Shown here in pieces: positions 1-11,684 of a stretch of 64,000 nucleotides of DNA. The notes under the pieces were generated by a model. That model ran no database searches, was not told the DNA's origin, and saw only the letters and a program-made list of their open reading frames with translations. The stretch is from Octopus sinensis (taxonomy: Eukaryota), in the NCBI RefSeq assembly GCF_006345805.1, contig NW_021833417.1, positions 62,001 through 126,000 of the forward strand. Direction: 5' to 3'. A program made the translations under genes and the position numbers. Every line of letters begins with the position of its first letter. Within the stretch, counting starts at the first letter, position 1.

Positions 1-564
1 AATATGTTGATCAATCATGAGGCCCCTTACGAGATCGATATTAATAGACTAGCTATCGTTGGAAAACTATAAAAATTTTGTTTCGGAATAAACTTCTTTA
101 TATCTTAAATTTTGTTCTTTTATGATTGCAATCGAAAATAGACAACTATTTGCTATTTCAAAAAAAAAGAATTTGAATTACTTTCCATATTTTCATTTTT
201 GTTTAAATAAAATGAATCGAAACTAAAATACACTCCATAAAGATTTAAACGCGAAATTGACTAAATTGTTAACAAAAAGCGTCATTTAAACATTTAAAAA
301 AATTAACATTCAAACAATAAACGAATCTATTCTTAAGCAAATATTTTCATTATTCCTGTACGATTTTAAAGCAGATTTTGTAGTAAGCTATTTATTAATT
401 TATAAAATTATCAAATTAACGAAAAAATCGTCCTGCACAGTATTTGTCTTTATAGATTTCTCTATTTGGACAATATAAAATTTTATAATTATTTTACTTC
501 GGATCGCTATTTCCTGGTATCTCTATTTACTGTAACAATAAATTATAGAATTATTGCTTTTTAC

Positions 565-764
565 ATAGGTGCCTCTAACATATGAGCGACCAATTATTTT
601 TTGTTTTAAGTTTGAGAATACTATCGGTCGAATATTTATAAAAACTTTGGAAATGTTTAATTTCCTTTAAAAACTTAATTTATTCTTTAAAATCTTTCGA
701 AAATAATAAATAAGTGCCTTTTTAGGAAAAAATATGGTGGCTCTAACATTTGGACGGGACTGTA
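565..764. mobile_element. Probable terminus of a Tc1/mariner-type element; the other end is not in the window
   Basis: The + strand ends ...CTCTAACATTTGGACGGGACTG|TA (reverse complement TA-CAGTCCCGTCC, a Tc1-type end). A related inner copy (GGTGCCTCTAACATATGAGCGAC) lies near 568. No transposase recognised. Confidence 0.35.
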
Positions 765-1006
765 TATGACACAAACTAATTAATCAGCAGCTGGCGGGTG
801 ACACATGTCGCATATTAGATTTGTCCTGAAGGCAGTCCTTTGGAGAGTTTTCTTTATGAAAACTATGCAACAAGTATTTTTTCACTGAAAACTTGTATCA
901 CCAAAATGATTTTTTTATTTTAAATTTAATTAAATTTATAGCAATAGATAATTTAATTTTGTGAACAATAAAATCACAAACATTATAATTTAATTGTTTA
1001 AATTAT

Positions 1007-1973
1007 ATGCCAAGTTAGCGGTTATTGGTCTAAATATTAGTTTTCTTCATATTTTTCTTTCTACGGTTTCAAAGCCAAGAGAACAGCAATGGTTTAAACT
1101 CGAATATATTATCCACAGCTGCATCTACAAATACCACCTCATCAACCACCCCAATGACTACTCCCAACTCAACCTCTTCCTCGTCGACTACTCCGAGGAC
1201 GACTCCCAACTCGACTTCTTCCTCATCGACCACCCCGAGGACGACTTCCAACTCAACCTCTTCCTCATCGACTACCCCGAGGACGACAACCACCACAATC
1301 GGACCGATAACTACTCCTCCAAAACCATCAAAAATTCCAACGTGGATGTTTCGTGTGAATGGGACCATAAGAGCGTTAATAAGTGCGAATATAAATATCA
1401 CTTATTCCCTTGGAAATAAAGTATTCTCCCGGAAAGTCTACTTTTAGTCAAAAACTATCATCTTTGATCAGAAGGCAATGCTGAATGGAAGTATGCACAC
1501 CAAAAACTCAACTGAGCTGACTCTCTCCTATGAAAACGTGTCTTTGGTGTTCAATTCCTACTTGCTCAACTATAATTGTTACGAAATAAGCGACACTGAC
1601 CTTATCATTGGTATTCGGCTGTGTTCTCCCATTCTTAGGTGGAAAAGTGTTGAAATATACCAATATTTATGCACACACTGACCTGGGGGACTACTACACG
1701 TGCAACACTCAGGTCCTCAACTTCTCCGGGAATGCTTTCGTCCATTTCTCCCCACTGATGGTTCAATTTTTCCGGAATGACACTTCTCCGAAATTTATTG
1801 GGAATGGTCATTAAAGACGGGCTATTTTAGGCATTGACTGTATTCCGCGGAAGCAGCGTCAAAGCCTCGTTCCGATCATTGTGGGGTCCGTGATGGTCGG
1901 CTTCCTTGTTTTGGCAGTTATTGGGTTTTTCTCGGTGCGGACTTATCGACGAGGGCATTATCAACAAATTTAA
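1007..1973 (+). CDS. LAMP/CD68-like lysosomal membrane glycoprotein (signal peptide, mucin stalk, one LAMP domain, TM, YQQI tail); 5 exons
   Basis: ATG at 1007; GT-AG introns of 27, 27, 28 and 24 nt join the frames. S/T/P stalk, GDYYTC...DC Cys pair, VPIIVG-led TM helix, C-terminal GHYQQI* (YxxPhi). Confidence 0.85.
1157..1282 (+). repeat. Coding tandem repeat, 3 x 42 nt (TTPNSTSSSSTTPR), mucin stalk
   Basis: Three units differing mainly at synonymous positions; each carries an NST sequon. Confidence 0.9.
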
Positions 1974-2149
1974 TCTTATTTTATTTTTGGTTTTTTAATC
2001 AATTATTTGTTGGGAATGTGGTTAATTTAATTTTTCTTTTTTGGTTAAAAATTTAGAGAATTTCATTGTCTATAAGTTTTAGAAACAATTAAAATTCTTC
2101 TAAATATATTATTTCTCCCCACATCTTTTTCATGTTTTTGTAAAAATTC

Positions 2150-2704
2150 AAGATGTTAGATTCTAAGATGTTAGTCACATGGGGAGTATGCGGAAAGTCC
2201 GACCTTGCAAGAAAAAAGTGGACTTTAACGTGGAGTCCACCAGACTCTTGATGACGGAGTCTCACCGGATAGTATCCCATGTTGGCTGTGCATTGGTATT
2301 ACTTATTCAATATCAAAAGTGCCCTGTTCAGCGTCTCCGACATATTATTGTTCGATAACCTGCATGCCCACCTTATAAAAGTTAATGACTAAGTTGTTGT
2401 CTGATAAGGTCAAAAGATTTGTTGAGGTTAATAATATTCTATCCGAGAATCAGCTCGGAACAGCCAGGAATTTTAATGCTTACGGAAACTCACTTATATT
2501 TATGTGGGTGTATGTTAAGAAGGATTTTGATTCCGTAGAACACGCGTACTTCATCTAATATAACAAACACACAATTGGTAAAATAAAAAAGGATAGTGAG
2601 ATTTTACAAGGAGATGTCGCCGCTGCTTTTTGTGTTTGTCTCCCCATTGAGTAGGTTTCTCAATGGCAGACACAAACAACTGTCAATGTCTCATGGGGGA
2701 CATA
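2150..2704 (+). pseudogene. Degenerate R4/Dong-like retrotransposon RT fragment, 5' part (continues at 5685)
   Basis: Frameshifted ITCMPTL.KLMTK, ENQLGT, VKKDFDSVEH, ILQGD, SPLLFVFVSPLSRFLN motifs, matching the element at 44455-47841. Confidence 0.7.
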
Positions 2705-4167
2705 CACGTGGGCGCAAAAAAAATCCGGTTTTCTTATTTTTCGAATTTTTCAATATAAATTTTTATATTATTTTTTTTTAATTTAGTATCATTTTGAATG
2801 TAAATCGAGTATGTTTTTAATTTTAAGTATTTTTTTTATTTTTCATAGAGATATCTTGAATTTAATTTTAAAATGCGCAACAAAAAACTCGGTTTTTTTA
2901 ATTATTGAGTCTTTTATTCTCAAAAATTTGAAATTGTTGTCATTTTGTGTGTTGTTGGATGTCGTGTATTTCAGAAATTGTGAAAGGACAAATTATTCAA
3001 CTTTATTTCCTTAATTGGACATATAAACAAATTTCAGAAGAAGTAGAAATTCCCAGATCAACAGTGGAGATTACATACGTAAATACAAAAAATATGGAAC
3101 AACACAGAGACTGTCCGGTTCTGGAAGACCTAGGACATTAAATAATGATGATATAAATACTTTATTGACGCTTGTTTCTGACAATCCGAAAAAATCTTCC
3201 GTTGCCTGTCAAAGGATCTTCATTCTTTGACAGGAAAATCGTCTCAAAACGAACAATTGGGAATTATCTGAACAAAAGGAAATATATTCACGTGTGTGTC
3301 AAAAAAAACCGTATCTGTCAAAATTAATATCGAAAAACGATATTCCTTGTCAAAAAAATTTATCGCACTGAATATGACGTCATGGAAATCAACTATTTTT
3401 AGTGATGAATGCTGTTTCGAAATTTTTAATCACACAAAAAAAAGGAATTTTGTTATAGGAAAAACAACAACACAACGTCTAGAAAAATCGCACTTATCTC
3501 CAACTGTTAAATTTGGAGGGGGAAAATAATGGTGTGGGGATGTTTCGGGTATTATGGAGTAGGCAATCTAGTATTTATAATGGAACTATGAACTCAGCAC
3601 TTATGTGAACATATTATCAAATAATCTGTGGGAGTCCGCTGCGAAAATGTGCTTGAATGAATTCATATTCCAACAAGACATGGCTCCTCCACACACATCA
3701 AAGATCACGAAAGATTTCTTTGCCGAAAGAAGCGTCAAACTATTGGATTGGGCACCGCAATCGCCAGATTTAAATCCAATAGAACATCTTTGGTCATATA
3801 TTCAAAGTAAATTGTACGAAAATCCTCCAAAAAATATGCATGAGCTGAAAGATAAAATTATCGAAATTTGGGAAATATGCCGAAAGATCTAATACAGAAA
3901 CTCATAAACAGCATGCCGAGAAGGGTGTACGATGTTTTTTGGCTAAAGGACGGCATATTAAATATTAATTTACATTTTTTTTAAAAACCGGGTTTTTTTT
4001 GCGCATTGTAAATTTAAATTGGAAAATCTCTTGAAAAAAATAATGAAAATAATCAAAATAAAAATAAGAGTTACTTTTCACTAAAATTTAAGATTAAAAA
4101 AAATATTATATCGCACAATATAAAAAAATAGAGAAATTAGAAAACCGGATTTTTTTTGCGCCCACTG
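2705..4167 (+). mobile_element. Tc1-like DNA transposon (DD34E), frameshifted, IR/DR-type ends
   Basis: TA duplication (2703-2704, 4168-4169); TIR CA(C)GTGGGCGCAAAAAAAATCCGGTTTT; inner repeats near 2875 and 3990; IFSDECCF, QQD-34-E (SPDLNPIEHLW). Confidence 0.92.
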
Positions 4168-4176
4168 TATGTTTAA

Positions 4177-5684
4177 TGATGAATGATTTAGTTTATTGTA
4201 ATTAACCGAGAAAGAGAAAGTGACAGGAATTAAGGACGGTGATAGGACGGGACTGATGCCAAGGCAACTGAACTCTTCTGAGCTTGCGTCCAATTCATCT
4301 GTCGTAAGCCAGAGTTAATAGTGGCTATGTTGCTGAATTGCTCCATTCTAGCAGGAGCTCTTGCAGCATATTCATGTCCACTCCAAGTTTGGTCAGGGCT
4401 CCTACATACCAGCGGAAGACTTCCAGTTGGGAATCTCTGTTGAGTAGGTCCTGATCGAGTGGGCTCCTCTTTGTGACAAAGCTTTGTCACGGTGGGTTTT
4501 TCTCCTCTTATGAGGGACAGCCGAGCGGACCACTTCTGAGTTATGGCACTCATTAGTGTTTGACTCCGCGCTTGTGAGTGTGTTGTGGGCCGGCGACGTC
4601 TGAGTAGAGACATCGACTTTGGACGGACTTGGGGGAGACCCTTTTGTCCAGACTGATTCTATCGGTTTGGCTTTTACCCAGCGTACTGGGCTTTTAGTCT
4701 GTGAGCTCTTCGCAACCCTTGAGACTGCTGTTGCTGCTTTGGCAGACGGACATCCACCGTAGCACGCCAAGTGCCCAGTGTTCTTGCAGTTAATGCAAGT
4801 TTTTGCAGCTGGGACACTCTGTTTCGGCTTGGAACTCTGGCAGTTTTGGTGCCTGTGTTCATTACCGCAGAGGAGACAACGGAGTTTTTCGGAGCATCTG
4901 TAGGACGTATGTCCAAACTGATTGCAACGGAAGCATCTCGTTGCTGAAGGCTTGTGCCATTCGCAGCGGATATGGCTGAAGCCCGCAGTTATTCCAAAGC
5001 GGATGAGGGTGTTGGCCTCTGCTCTGGAATCCAGCGTGAGTCTGCCGACAGGCATGTCGGTTCCATTGCGAGAAAATCTTTCGAACTTGAGGTCCGATTC
5101 TAGACTTTCTCTCAAGTGGAGGTTAAGATCCTCTGTCGAGATCCAATGAGGGATTCCTTTAAGGACCAAGACTGAGGCCTTCTCAGCTACTGAGGCAAGT
5201 TTATGGCTGCCTTCGCCAAACATATTCGATTGAGACAGCTCTGCTTTGAAAGCAGCAGCATCCTCGGGCGATCTGAATTTTAGAATGAAAGTGCCGGACT
5301 TCTGTAAAGTTATCCGGGCTTTGGAAGCAGTTGGAGACTTGGATGGGAGGTTAAACCTCTTGATCTTTCCAAGTGCCGGGTTTTCGATACTCAGAGAATA
5401 TGTGAGGTTTGAGCTGTTAGGCTCAGTTGTCGTCTGATGGCATTGGGTCTCACTGTGTTTTTGACCCACAGTAGGGTTCGGATGTTCGGTGGGATATTCA
5501 GCCTTGATGGGTTCGCAAAAGGGCTGTGGCTTTGCCGGTGTTCGTCTTTTAGCTTTGGAGCAAGCTTTGATTGATGAGAGATTTTGATTATTCTTGACCA
5601 TTTTTTCTTTCTTCTCCTTGACCATGCAACTGGATTCTCACAGCGATTTTATTTTAAACAACTTTGCAAGTTCTGAAGGGAAAA
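4177..5684 (-). mobile_element. Non-LTR retroelement carrying only a Gag-like ORF1, bounded by a 10-bp TSD
   Basis: TSD ATATGTTTAA at 5685-5694; the left copy is 2702-2704 plus 4170-4176 once the Tc1 is removed. Intact ORF1; AATAAA on the - strand at 4192-4197. Confidence 0.75.
4402..5625 (-). CDS. LINE ORF1/Gag-like nucleic-acid-binding protein, 407 aa, three zinc knuckles
   Basis: Uninterrupted ORF with CFRCNQFGHTSYRC, CLLCGNEHRHQNC and CINCKNTGHLACYGGCP, preceded by a VLVLKGIP RRM-like region as in Jockey/I/L2-type ORF1. Confidence 0.85.
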   Translation of the reverse strand: MVKEKKEKMVKNNQNLSSIKACSKAKRRTPAKPQPFCEPIKAEYPTEHPNPTVGQKHSETQCHQTTTEPNSSNLTYSLSIENPALGKIKRFNLPSKSPTASKARITLQKSGTFILKFRSPEDAAAFKAELSQSNMFGEGSHKLASVAEKASVLVLKGIPHWISTEDLNLHLRESLESDLKFERFSRNGTDMPVGRLTLDSRAEANTLIRFGITAGFSHIRCEWHKPSATRCFRCNQFGHTSYRCSEKLRCLLCGNEHRHQNCQSSKPKQSVPAAKTCINCKNTGHLACYGGCPSAKAATAVSRVAKSSQTKSPVRWVKAKPIESVWTKGSPPSPSKVDVSTQTSPAHNTLTSAESNTNECHNSEVVRSAVPHKRRKTHRDKALSQRGAHSIRTYSTEIPNWKSSAGM

Positions 5685-6560
5685 ATATGTTTAACACAAA
5701 CCACCTCGTGTTTATTGACGACATTGCTGCTCAGAGCAACTTCACTCTATTGGAAAGTGTGTAAAGGAATTATTGGGGCAAATAGGATTTGAACTAAATT
5801 TTTCCAAGTCGGCAACTAATTCGCAATTTTTTAACAATTTGGTCAAAGTCTTGAAAGTCCACGAAGGATATAAGTACCTCTGCATCACAGAAAGCCACAA
5901 ATTGCTCATACTCCCTGAAACCAAGATCCAACTAATAGAGGGAGTACGGAAGAGAGCAGCAATGTTGTGTGCAACTCGTTTAAATGCTAGGAATTTATTC
6001 CATGCAGTAAATGGGTATGCCATTTCATTGCTTAATTATTATGTTGGTATATGGAGTTTGAGCCACATAAGTACGATGATATGGATTGTATGATTCGCTA
6101 GTCACTTTGGAACTATGAAGCCATATTTATTGGCTAAATACGGTTTCACACGTTAAAAAGTGATAGATGTGAAGGGGTTGATTAAAGTACAAAAAAGTCT
6201 TTGATAAAAAAGATTAAATTGAAAATTATTCACAAAACCCTCTTCAAAGCTTTGGACAATCCTCATGTTGACGTAAAGTTGTCAACGACTTTGCTAAAAT
6301 AAGTATGACTTTTTTTGCAGAAAAACTTGGTTTGATGCACAGTTGGAAGGTCCTGGTCGTTCCTTGTTTAATGACATGAGAAGGAATATTAAAGTAACAC
6401 AAGAGCTATCTTAGGCAGTTAGGAATCTATAGGTACATTCAGTCTATATGCAGTCTACTGCCTTGAAGAGAGCTCTAGAGGGTGTATCTGTTGATTTACG
6501 CAGATGGGCCGGTCGGTAATGTCTAATGTCTTATGGAAAGATTGGAAAATACTCTCACTG
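5685..6560 (+). pseudogene. Degenerate R4/Dong-like retrotransposon fragment, 3' part
   Basis: NTNHLVFIDDI (YxDD-equivalent), GYKYL, LNARNLFHAVNGYAISLLNYYVG, HKTLFKALDNPHVD; stops and deletions. Confidence 0.75.
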
Positions 6561-6697
6561 AGGTTTTTTAACCAGAAGCACAAGAGGCTGTTCTCCAGAC
6601 TTCGCAAGCGGAAAGGTCGTCGGATTAACTTAGTTAACTTTTAATTAAAGGTTAGATAATCAAAGAGAAATTAGATTGTTTAAATGTCTGATTAGTA

Positions 6698-7456
6698 TTA
6701 ATGATCATTTAACATGTAAGCGACTACAATTCCAGAAAACTATAATATTTTAGGTAAAAATAATACTGCAATGAAACTGTAGATTACTACTCCGACAATC
6801 ATATATATTTTATATTTTTCTATCAAATTTTCATATTTTGTGATACAGCCCTAAAAATATACTTCCCAAGCTACTTCAGAGTAGTAGCTTTTGCAATTTT
6901 CTGAAGCGCAGCAACTTGAAGGAGTATTTCCAGAATAGTCTGATTTCGAAAGTGCACCGCAGCATTTCAATGAACTTTGCCAAAAGTCAATATCGGCTTT
7001 ATTTGTATCATAATTATTGACTCCTTCATTGAATTGTTTAGTCAATGATTTAAACATCTAAACAAATATTTAAAGTCGGGTACTTTATCTTTATTTATAG
7101 AATATTCGACAGTTACCCCCAAAACAAGTGTCATTATAAGTAAAAGACATATCGTGAACTAAGGAAATACACATATCAATATACATACAAATAGTTTACT
7201 GCAACAGCCGGGAAATGTAGAAATTAAAATCAATCCAGAAATGAATCCAAAAAAGCAAACAATTCCAATAGTTATCAAGATAAATCCAGTGATTTTAAAA
7301 TTCTGGAGAGTAAATAATTTCTGATTGACATAGTCTCTAGTAATCACTCCTCCGCCATACAAAGCTAATCCAGAAATTGTCTATTAAAATTTACTATAAT
7401 AATTGTTTTACTCCTAGAACAATGATGTTGATAAATATCACAAGCTTAGCAAGCAT
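6698..7456 (-). CDS. Tetraspanin; 6 exons
   Basis: Four hydrophobic segments; EC2 with WQSSLKCCG, PSSCC and GC motifs; introns of 31, 30, 26, 24 and 27 nt give MLAKLVIF...YMLNDH*. Confidence 0.88.
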
Positions 7457-9013
7457 TCGAACGTTCAAAACCGCGTTCAAATTTATATTCGACATGAGAG
7501 TAATTAAATACGTTTTAAATTCCGGATTTGTTTACTTGAAATGCTATTAATTTGATTAATGATCTTAAGTGCTAAATAGATAAACCTGGTCTACTTTTCA
7601 TAATAAAAAGTAATCTCCGACTTTTTGACTTTATCAAAAATTTTTTATAATAGAAAATTCTAAAAGTATTACAAATTATTGCTTTTTTGATTAGTTTTAA
7701 CCTGTGATTTTTGTCATTGTAATCTAAATGTAATTAGAAGCTGAAAAAAAAGTACTAGAAAAAAGAAACACTATTTTTACTTAAATTTAATCCGGACCCT
7801 GTTTAATTTTTTTAAATTCCCCAAAAACAAAAAAACCAAATTATTCATTAATTTATTTAAAAAATACTCATTTCTTTTTAACTCTAGAGACAAATTTTTA
7901 TGCAAACTACAGTATTCTATAAGTAATTGCAAAACTTTCAAATTAGAAAGTTAGTGGAATGATTGGCAAGTTTTCCATCAATTAAACAAATTGACCTCTG
8001 TCTAGGCAGAAATCCAGAAAGAGGACATATAGTATTTTTAATAACTTCAAAAAAATAATTCCATATAGACGGGACTTGGCATATCAAAAAAAAGTTTGTG
8101 AACTCAGGACTTCTAACTTTTCCGTGATTTAATAGACGGTTATTAATATCTTAAAGCTGCGGTTTTCAATCGTGGTCCCCAGAAATTTTAGAAAATTAAA
8201 AAAATAAAGCTAATTAAAAAACGGATGAACAATGTGCTTTTCTAGTTATGCTCAATAAAAATCCTTGTTTGCAGAAATATGAAAAAAAGCAAAAAATCCT
8301 TTAAAATATCAAACATTAAAATTAGAATTTGTTGTATTATCTATCCGTAGTAAAACCTTGTAAGAAAAGACCTAAAATATTCACTTTATCTCCTGAAAAA
8401 CCCCGTTTTTTAAAAATTTAGAGCTGAGTGTTAAATATAGATTAAAAAGTTTAAATTTAATTTTAAAACTTTATTGAACTAACAATCGTAAAATTCGCTA
8501 AATAATAAACAATACCGGTTTTTTTCCCAATAAAATGTCAATGTTTTTAAAGGGATTCTGTGATCTCCCACGATCGGTCATAAATCTGTTAATCAGATTC
8601 CACGTGGAAGATTCTTGAACGCTAGAAAAATTCATGAAAGTCAAAAGAATAAAAGATTTGAATAAAAGTCAGCTTTTTGCATTCCAGTTTGAGAGCCTTC
8701 CCACCTGCAAAAAATTGATCTATTTATGATTTTTGGACCTTTAAATCTTGAGGTTTATTTAGCACTATATTACTCAAAATTGTAAAACAATTCTCAACGA
8801 ATATTCGCAGCTTCCCTTTGATTATTTTATGTGAAAAAACTTGAGAGGAGTGAAAAGAAGTAGACACCGAGACCAACAACAGAGCAAGTCAATAATAATT
8901 TTTCCTAACACAGTAAAATTTTATTGTACTCATTTTTCTACTAAAAATATTATATATAAGCTTATTTTAGTTTTAGTCTATTTACAAAACTAAATAAAAT
9001 ATAAATTAATTAA

Positions 9014-9916
9014 ATGCCGATGACCTCTTTTCTATGTTCCTTAATCTTATTATTTTTAGTTTTTTGTCTTTTCTTCTGTACATTCAGCACACAAAAAACA
9101 GACACCACCAAAAAAACAGCCACCACCAACAAAACAGCCACCACCAACAAAACAGCCACCACCAAAAAAACAGCCACCACCAAAAAAACAGCTACCACCA
9201 GTAAAAATAAGGGTCAATTTTAATGAAATTTAAACATTTAGTCACAGAAACTTCGAAACCTAAACCAAGATATCCCGGACTTTGGGCTTTAGATGATGAA
9301 TTTGATCACGACCTCCACGCTTTGCTAAGTAGTTTTATCGAAGTGAAATATGTCTCCGGAAATAAAGTACAACAATATTTCTAGAGAGTTAGTTACTTTC
9401 AATTTCGTACAAAAACACTTCTCATTTTCAAGGTTACGTCTCTAGATACCAAACAGTCGCTTCTCTTAGAGAAGAACATGTCACAATCGTTTTTTTTGGA
9501 CTTTCCAACGACGTAGGAGAATATTATATCAACAGAACTATACTTTTAATTGGTAACAGAATTATAAATATATTCTTAGGAAACAAACCATATTTCAACA
9601 ACGAGAAATATAGTTATGCATATAAAGGAGGTTATCATATTTGTAGAAGCATATTTCTTAATTTTCCTGGAATTGCAAATGTAACAATGAAACAATTCAG
9701 GTATCTGCTTTACGGAGATGACAGAGTTATAGACTTTGTTGGAACTGGTAATCAATTCATAGCTAATATTTAGCTACCGAATGCGATCCGAATCCACATC
9801 CTCTAAATTTGGCACCCCTTATTACACTTTTTGTATGTTTTGTCATCGCTATGATCGCATTGGCTATCTTCTTAATTGTGAAATTGTACAAAAACACTTA
9901 TCAACAAGCAAACTAA
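9014..9916 (+). CDS. Second LAMP-like type I membrane glycoprotein (T/K-rich stalk), paralogue of 1007-1973
   Basis: HALLSSFIEVKYVSGNK vs RALISANINITYSLGNK; GGYHIC...EC Cys pair; three introns at positions and phases equivalent to the first gene; TM then KNTYQQAN*. Confidence 0.75.
9095..9202 (+). repeat. Coding tandem repeat, 6 x 18 nt (KTATTK/N)
   Basis: AAAACAGCCACCACCAA(A/C) units inside the stalk exon. Confidence 0.9.
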
Positions 9917-10019
9917 CATTATGAATATCTTCTAACATTTAATTCAGGCTTAATAATTCTAATTATTTTAACTGTAATTAGTTCCAAAGCCTCTCAATAA
10001 GACAAGACCGTTAAAAATA

Positions 10020-11600
10020 AATTGTAAAACCTCATTTTAGCGAAATCACTTATTCTATTAATAAATAGGTTCTCAGCAATAATTTTTTCGAGAAATTATT
10101 TCTAAATCGAAGTGAAAATTGGAAGAATTAAATCAAAAGTATTAAAAATCGAGAGCATTCGAGATCAAATGTTTAAGTAGAAAACAAACGCAAAATGCAC
10201 AACTTATAATTAGACTGCTATTAAAGAATAGTGAACGTCAAATCTTGTGTGAACACAAAAAATATTAAATTTAATATTTTTACATGTGTTTATTTGAAAT
10301 TCTTAAAAATGAATAAATCACACGATCTACAGTTGTTAGCATGATGGAAAGTCGAAAACGCTCATGGTTTTTTCAAAAGAAGGAAATAATCGAATTTTAT
10401 CATAAAAATAGACATTACACACACCGCGATTTATCCATTTATTTCAATGTTTCTCTGGACTGTATAAACAAAATTCTGAAAAATACTGAACGAATACCTA
10501 CTTTTAAAGATGATCAAAAAATAAAAAATTACTTTCCCAAGTCTCAATCATTCGACAAAGATCTATTTGAATTGTTCGTTTAAAAACGATCATTTGGATT
10601 TACAATCAATGAATATCTTTTGAAGTCTATATCTTTAAAAATGGCGAAAGTTTGTAATATTCAAGGATTTCAAGCAGCAAATGAATGGCTTGAGAAATGT
10701 AAAAATCGATATTGAATTGCTTGCAGTGCTTTATGTGGGGAAAATCAATTTGTTGAAACCTCTGTGATTGAAAATTTTACAGAAGGCCACAATAGAAAAT
10801 TAGAACAATATTTAGGGAATTTACATTCCTAATCCAAAGGATCCTGTTGGCCGTTGTGCGTGGGAACAGCTGTTCCATCCGGCTTGCTGGCCGATTAATT
10901 TCTGATTAATTTAACTTTCAATTGGAGATATTTCTTAAAAAAAATATGTAGTGTAAAATGTAGAATATTGTTCAAAAAATATTTTTAATTTGGACAAAAC
11001 TGGATTGTTTTTACACTTTTGTCCAACAGAACATTAACTCTTATTCGGACAAAAATCTGTCTAATAAATCAATAAAAGAAGGAGTAACTGTTATGTTTTG
11101 GGTTAGTATGATTGGAGAAAAACTTGACCTATTTGTTATTGGAAAACCCAAAAATCCACGCTGCTTTAAAGGAAGAAGAAATTTAATTAATAATTTACAA
11201 ATGGAATACACGTCAAATAAAGAGCATTGATGTCATATGGTTATTTCTCAGAATAGCTTATAGAATTGAGCAAAGAAATGATTTTGCCAAAAAATTCTAA
11301 TTTTATTTGGTACACTCACATGATTTAGAGTTCAGTAACATCGAACTCTTTTTCCCCTCTAAATACAACATCGAAGTTAAAACCCCTTGATCAAGGAATA
11401 ATGAAATCATTCAAAGACAGGTATAGACAACTCCTATGTGCACACTGATTGAATTTTATACTAATGATGGCAATGTAGATCACGAAAAAGTTACGGAAAA
11501 GTTAAAGAAATTCACTCTATTGAATTGCTTGATATTCATAAATGAAGCTTGGTTAGAAGTATCGGAATTGACAATTAAAAATGTTTCGTAAAGCTTATAA
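10020..11600 (+). mobile_element. Degenerate pogo/Tigger-like transposon
   Basis: CENP-B-type HTH N-terminus, IFNLDKTG, GKPKNPRCFKG, KPLDQGIMKSFK; many stops; ends approximate. Confidence 0.75.
10835..10948 (+). mobile_element. Very short 3' stub of a CRE-like retrotransposon inside the pogo fossil
   Basis: QRILLAVVRGNSCSIR...* matches QRILFAILRGNCLSIR at 53895-53945; ends in an A-run. Confidence 0.65.
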
Positions 11601-11684
11601 TTAGATTGTTATTTTGATATAAAAATAAGAAAATTAAAAAATTTTCCATAATTAATATGTTTTTCCTAAACAAGTAAATCGTAA

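Noticed and set aside
1069-1419. Acidic/Val-rich ORFs (1069-1401 minus, 994-1419 plus) and a regular repeat resembling an array
   Set aside because: Alternative-frame shadows of the LAMP mucin repeat. There are no unique spacers, so this is not CRISPR.
9010-9198. VAVFLV-repeat hydrophobic ORF on the minus strand
   Set aside because: Antisense of the KTATT coding repeat.
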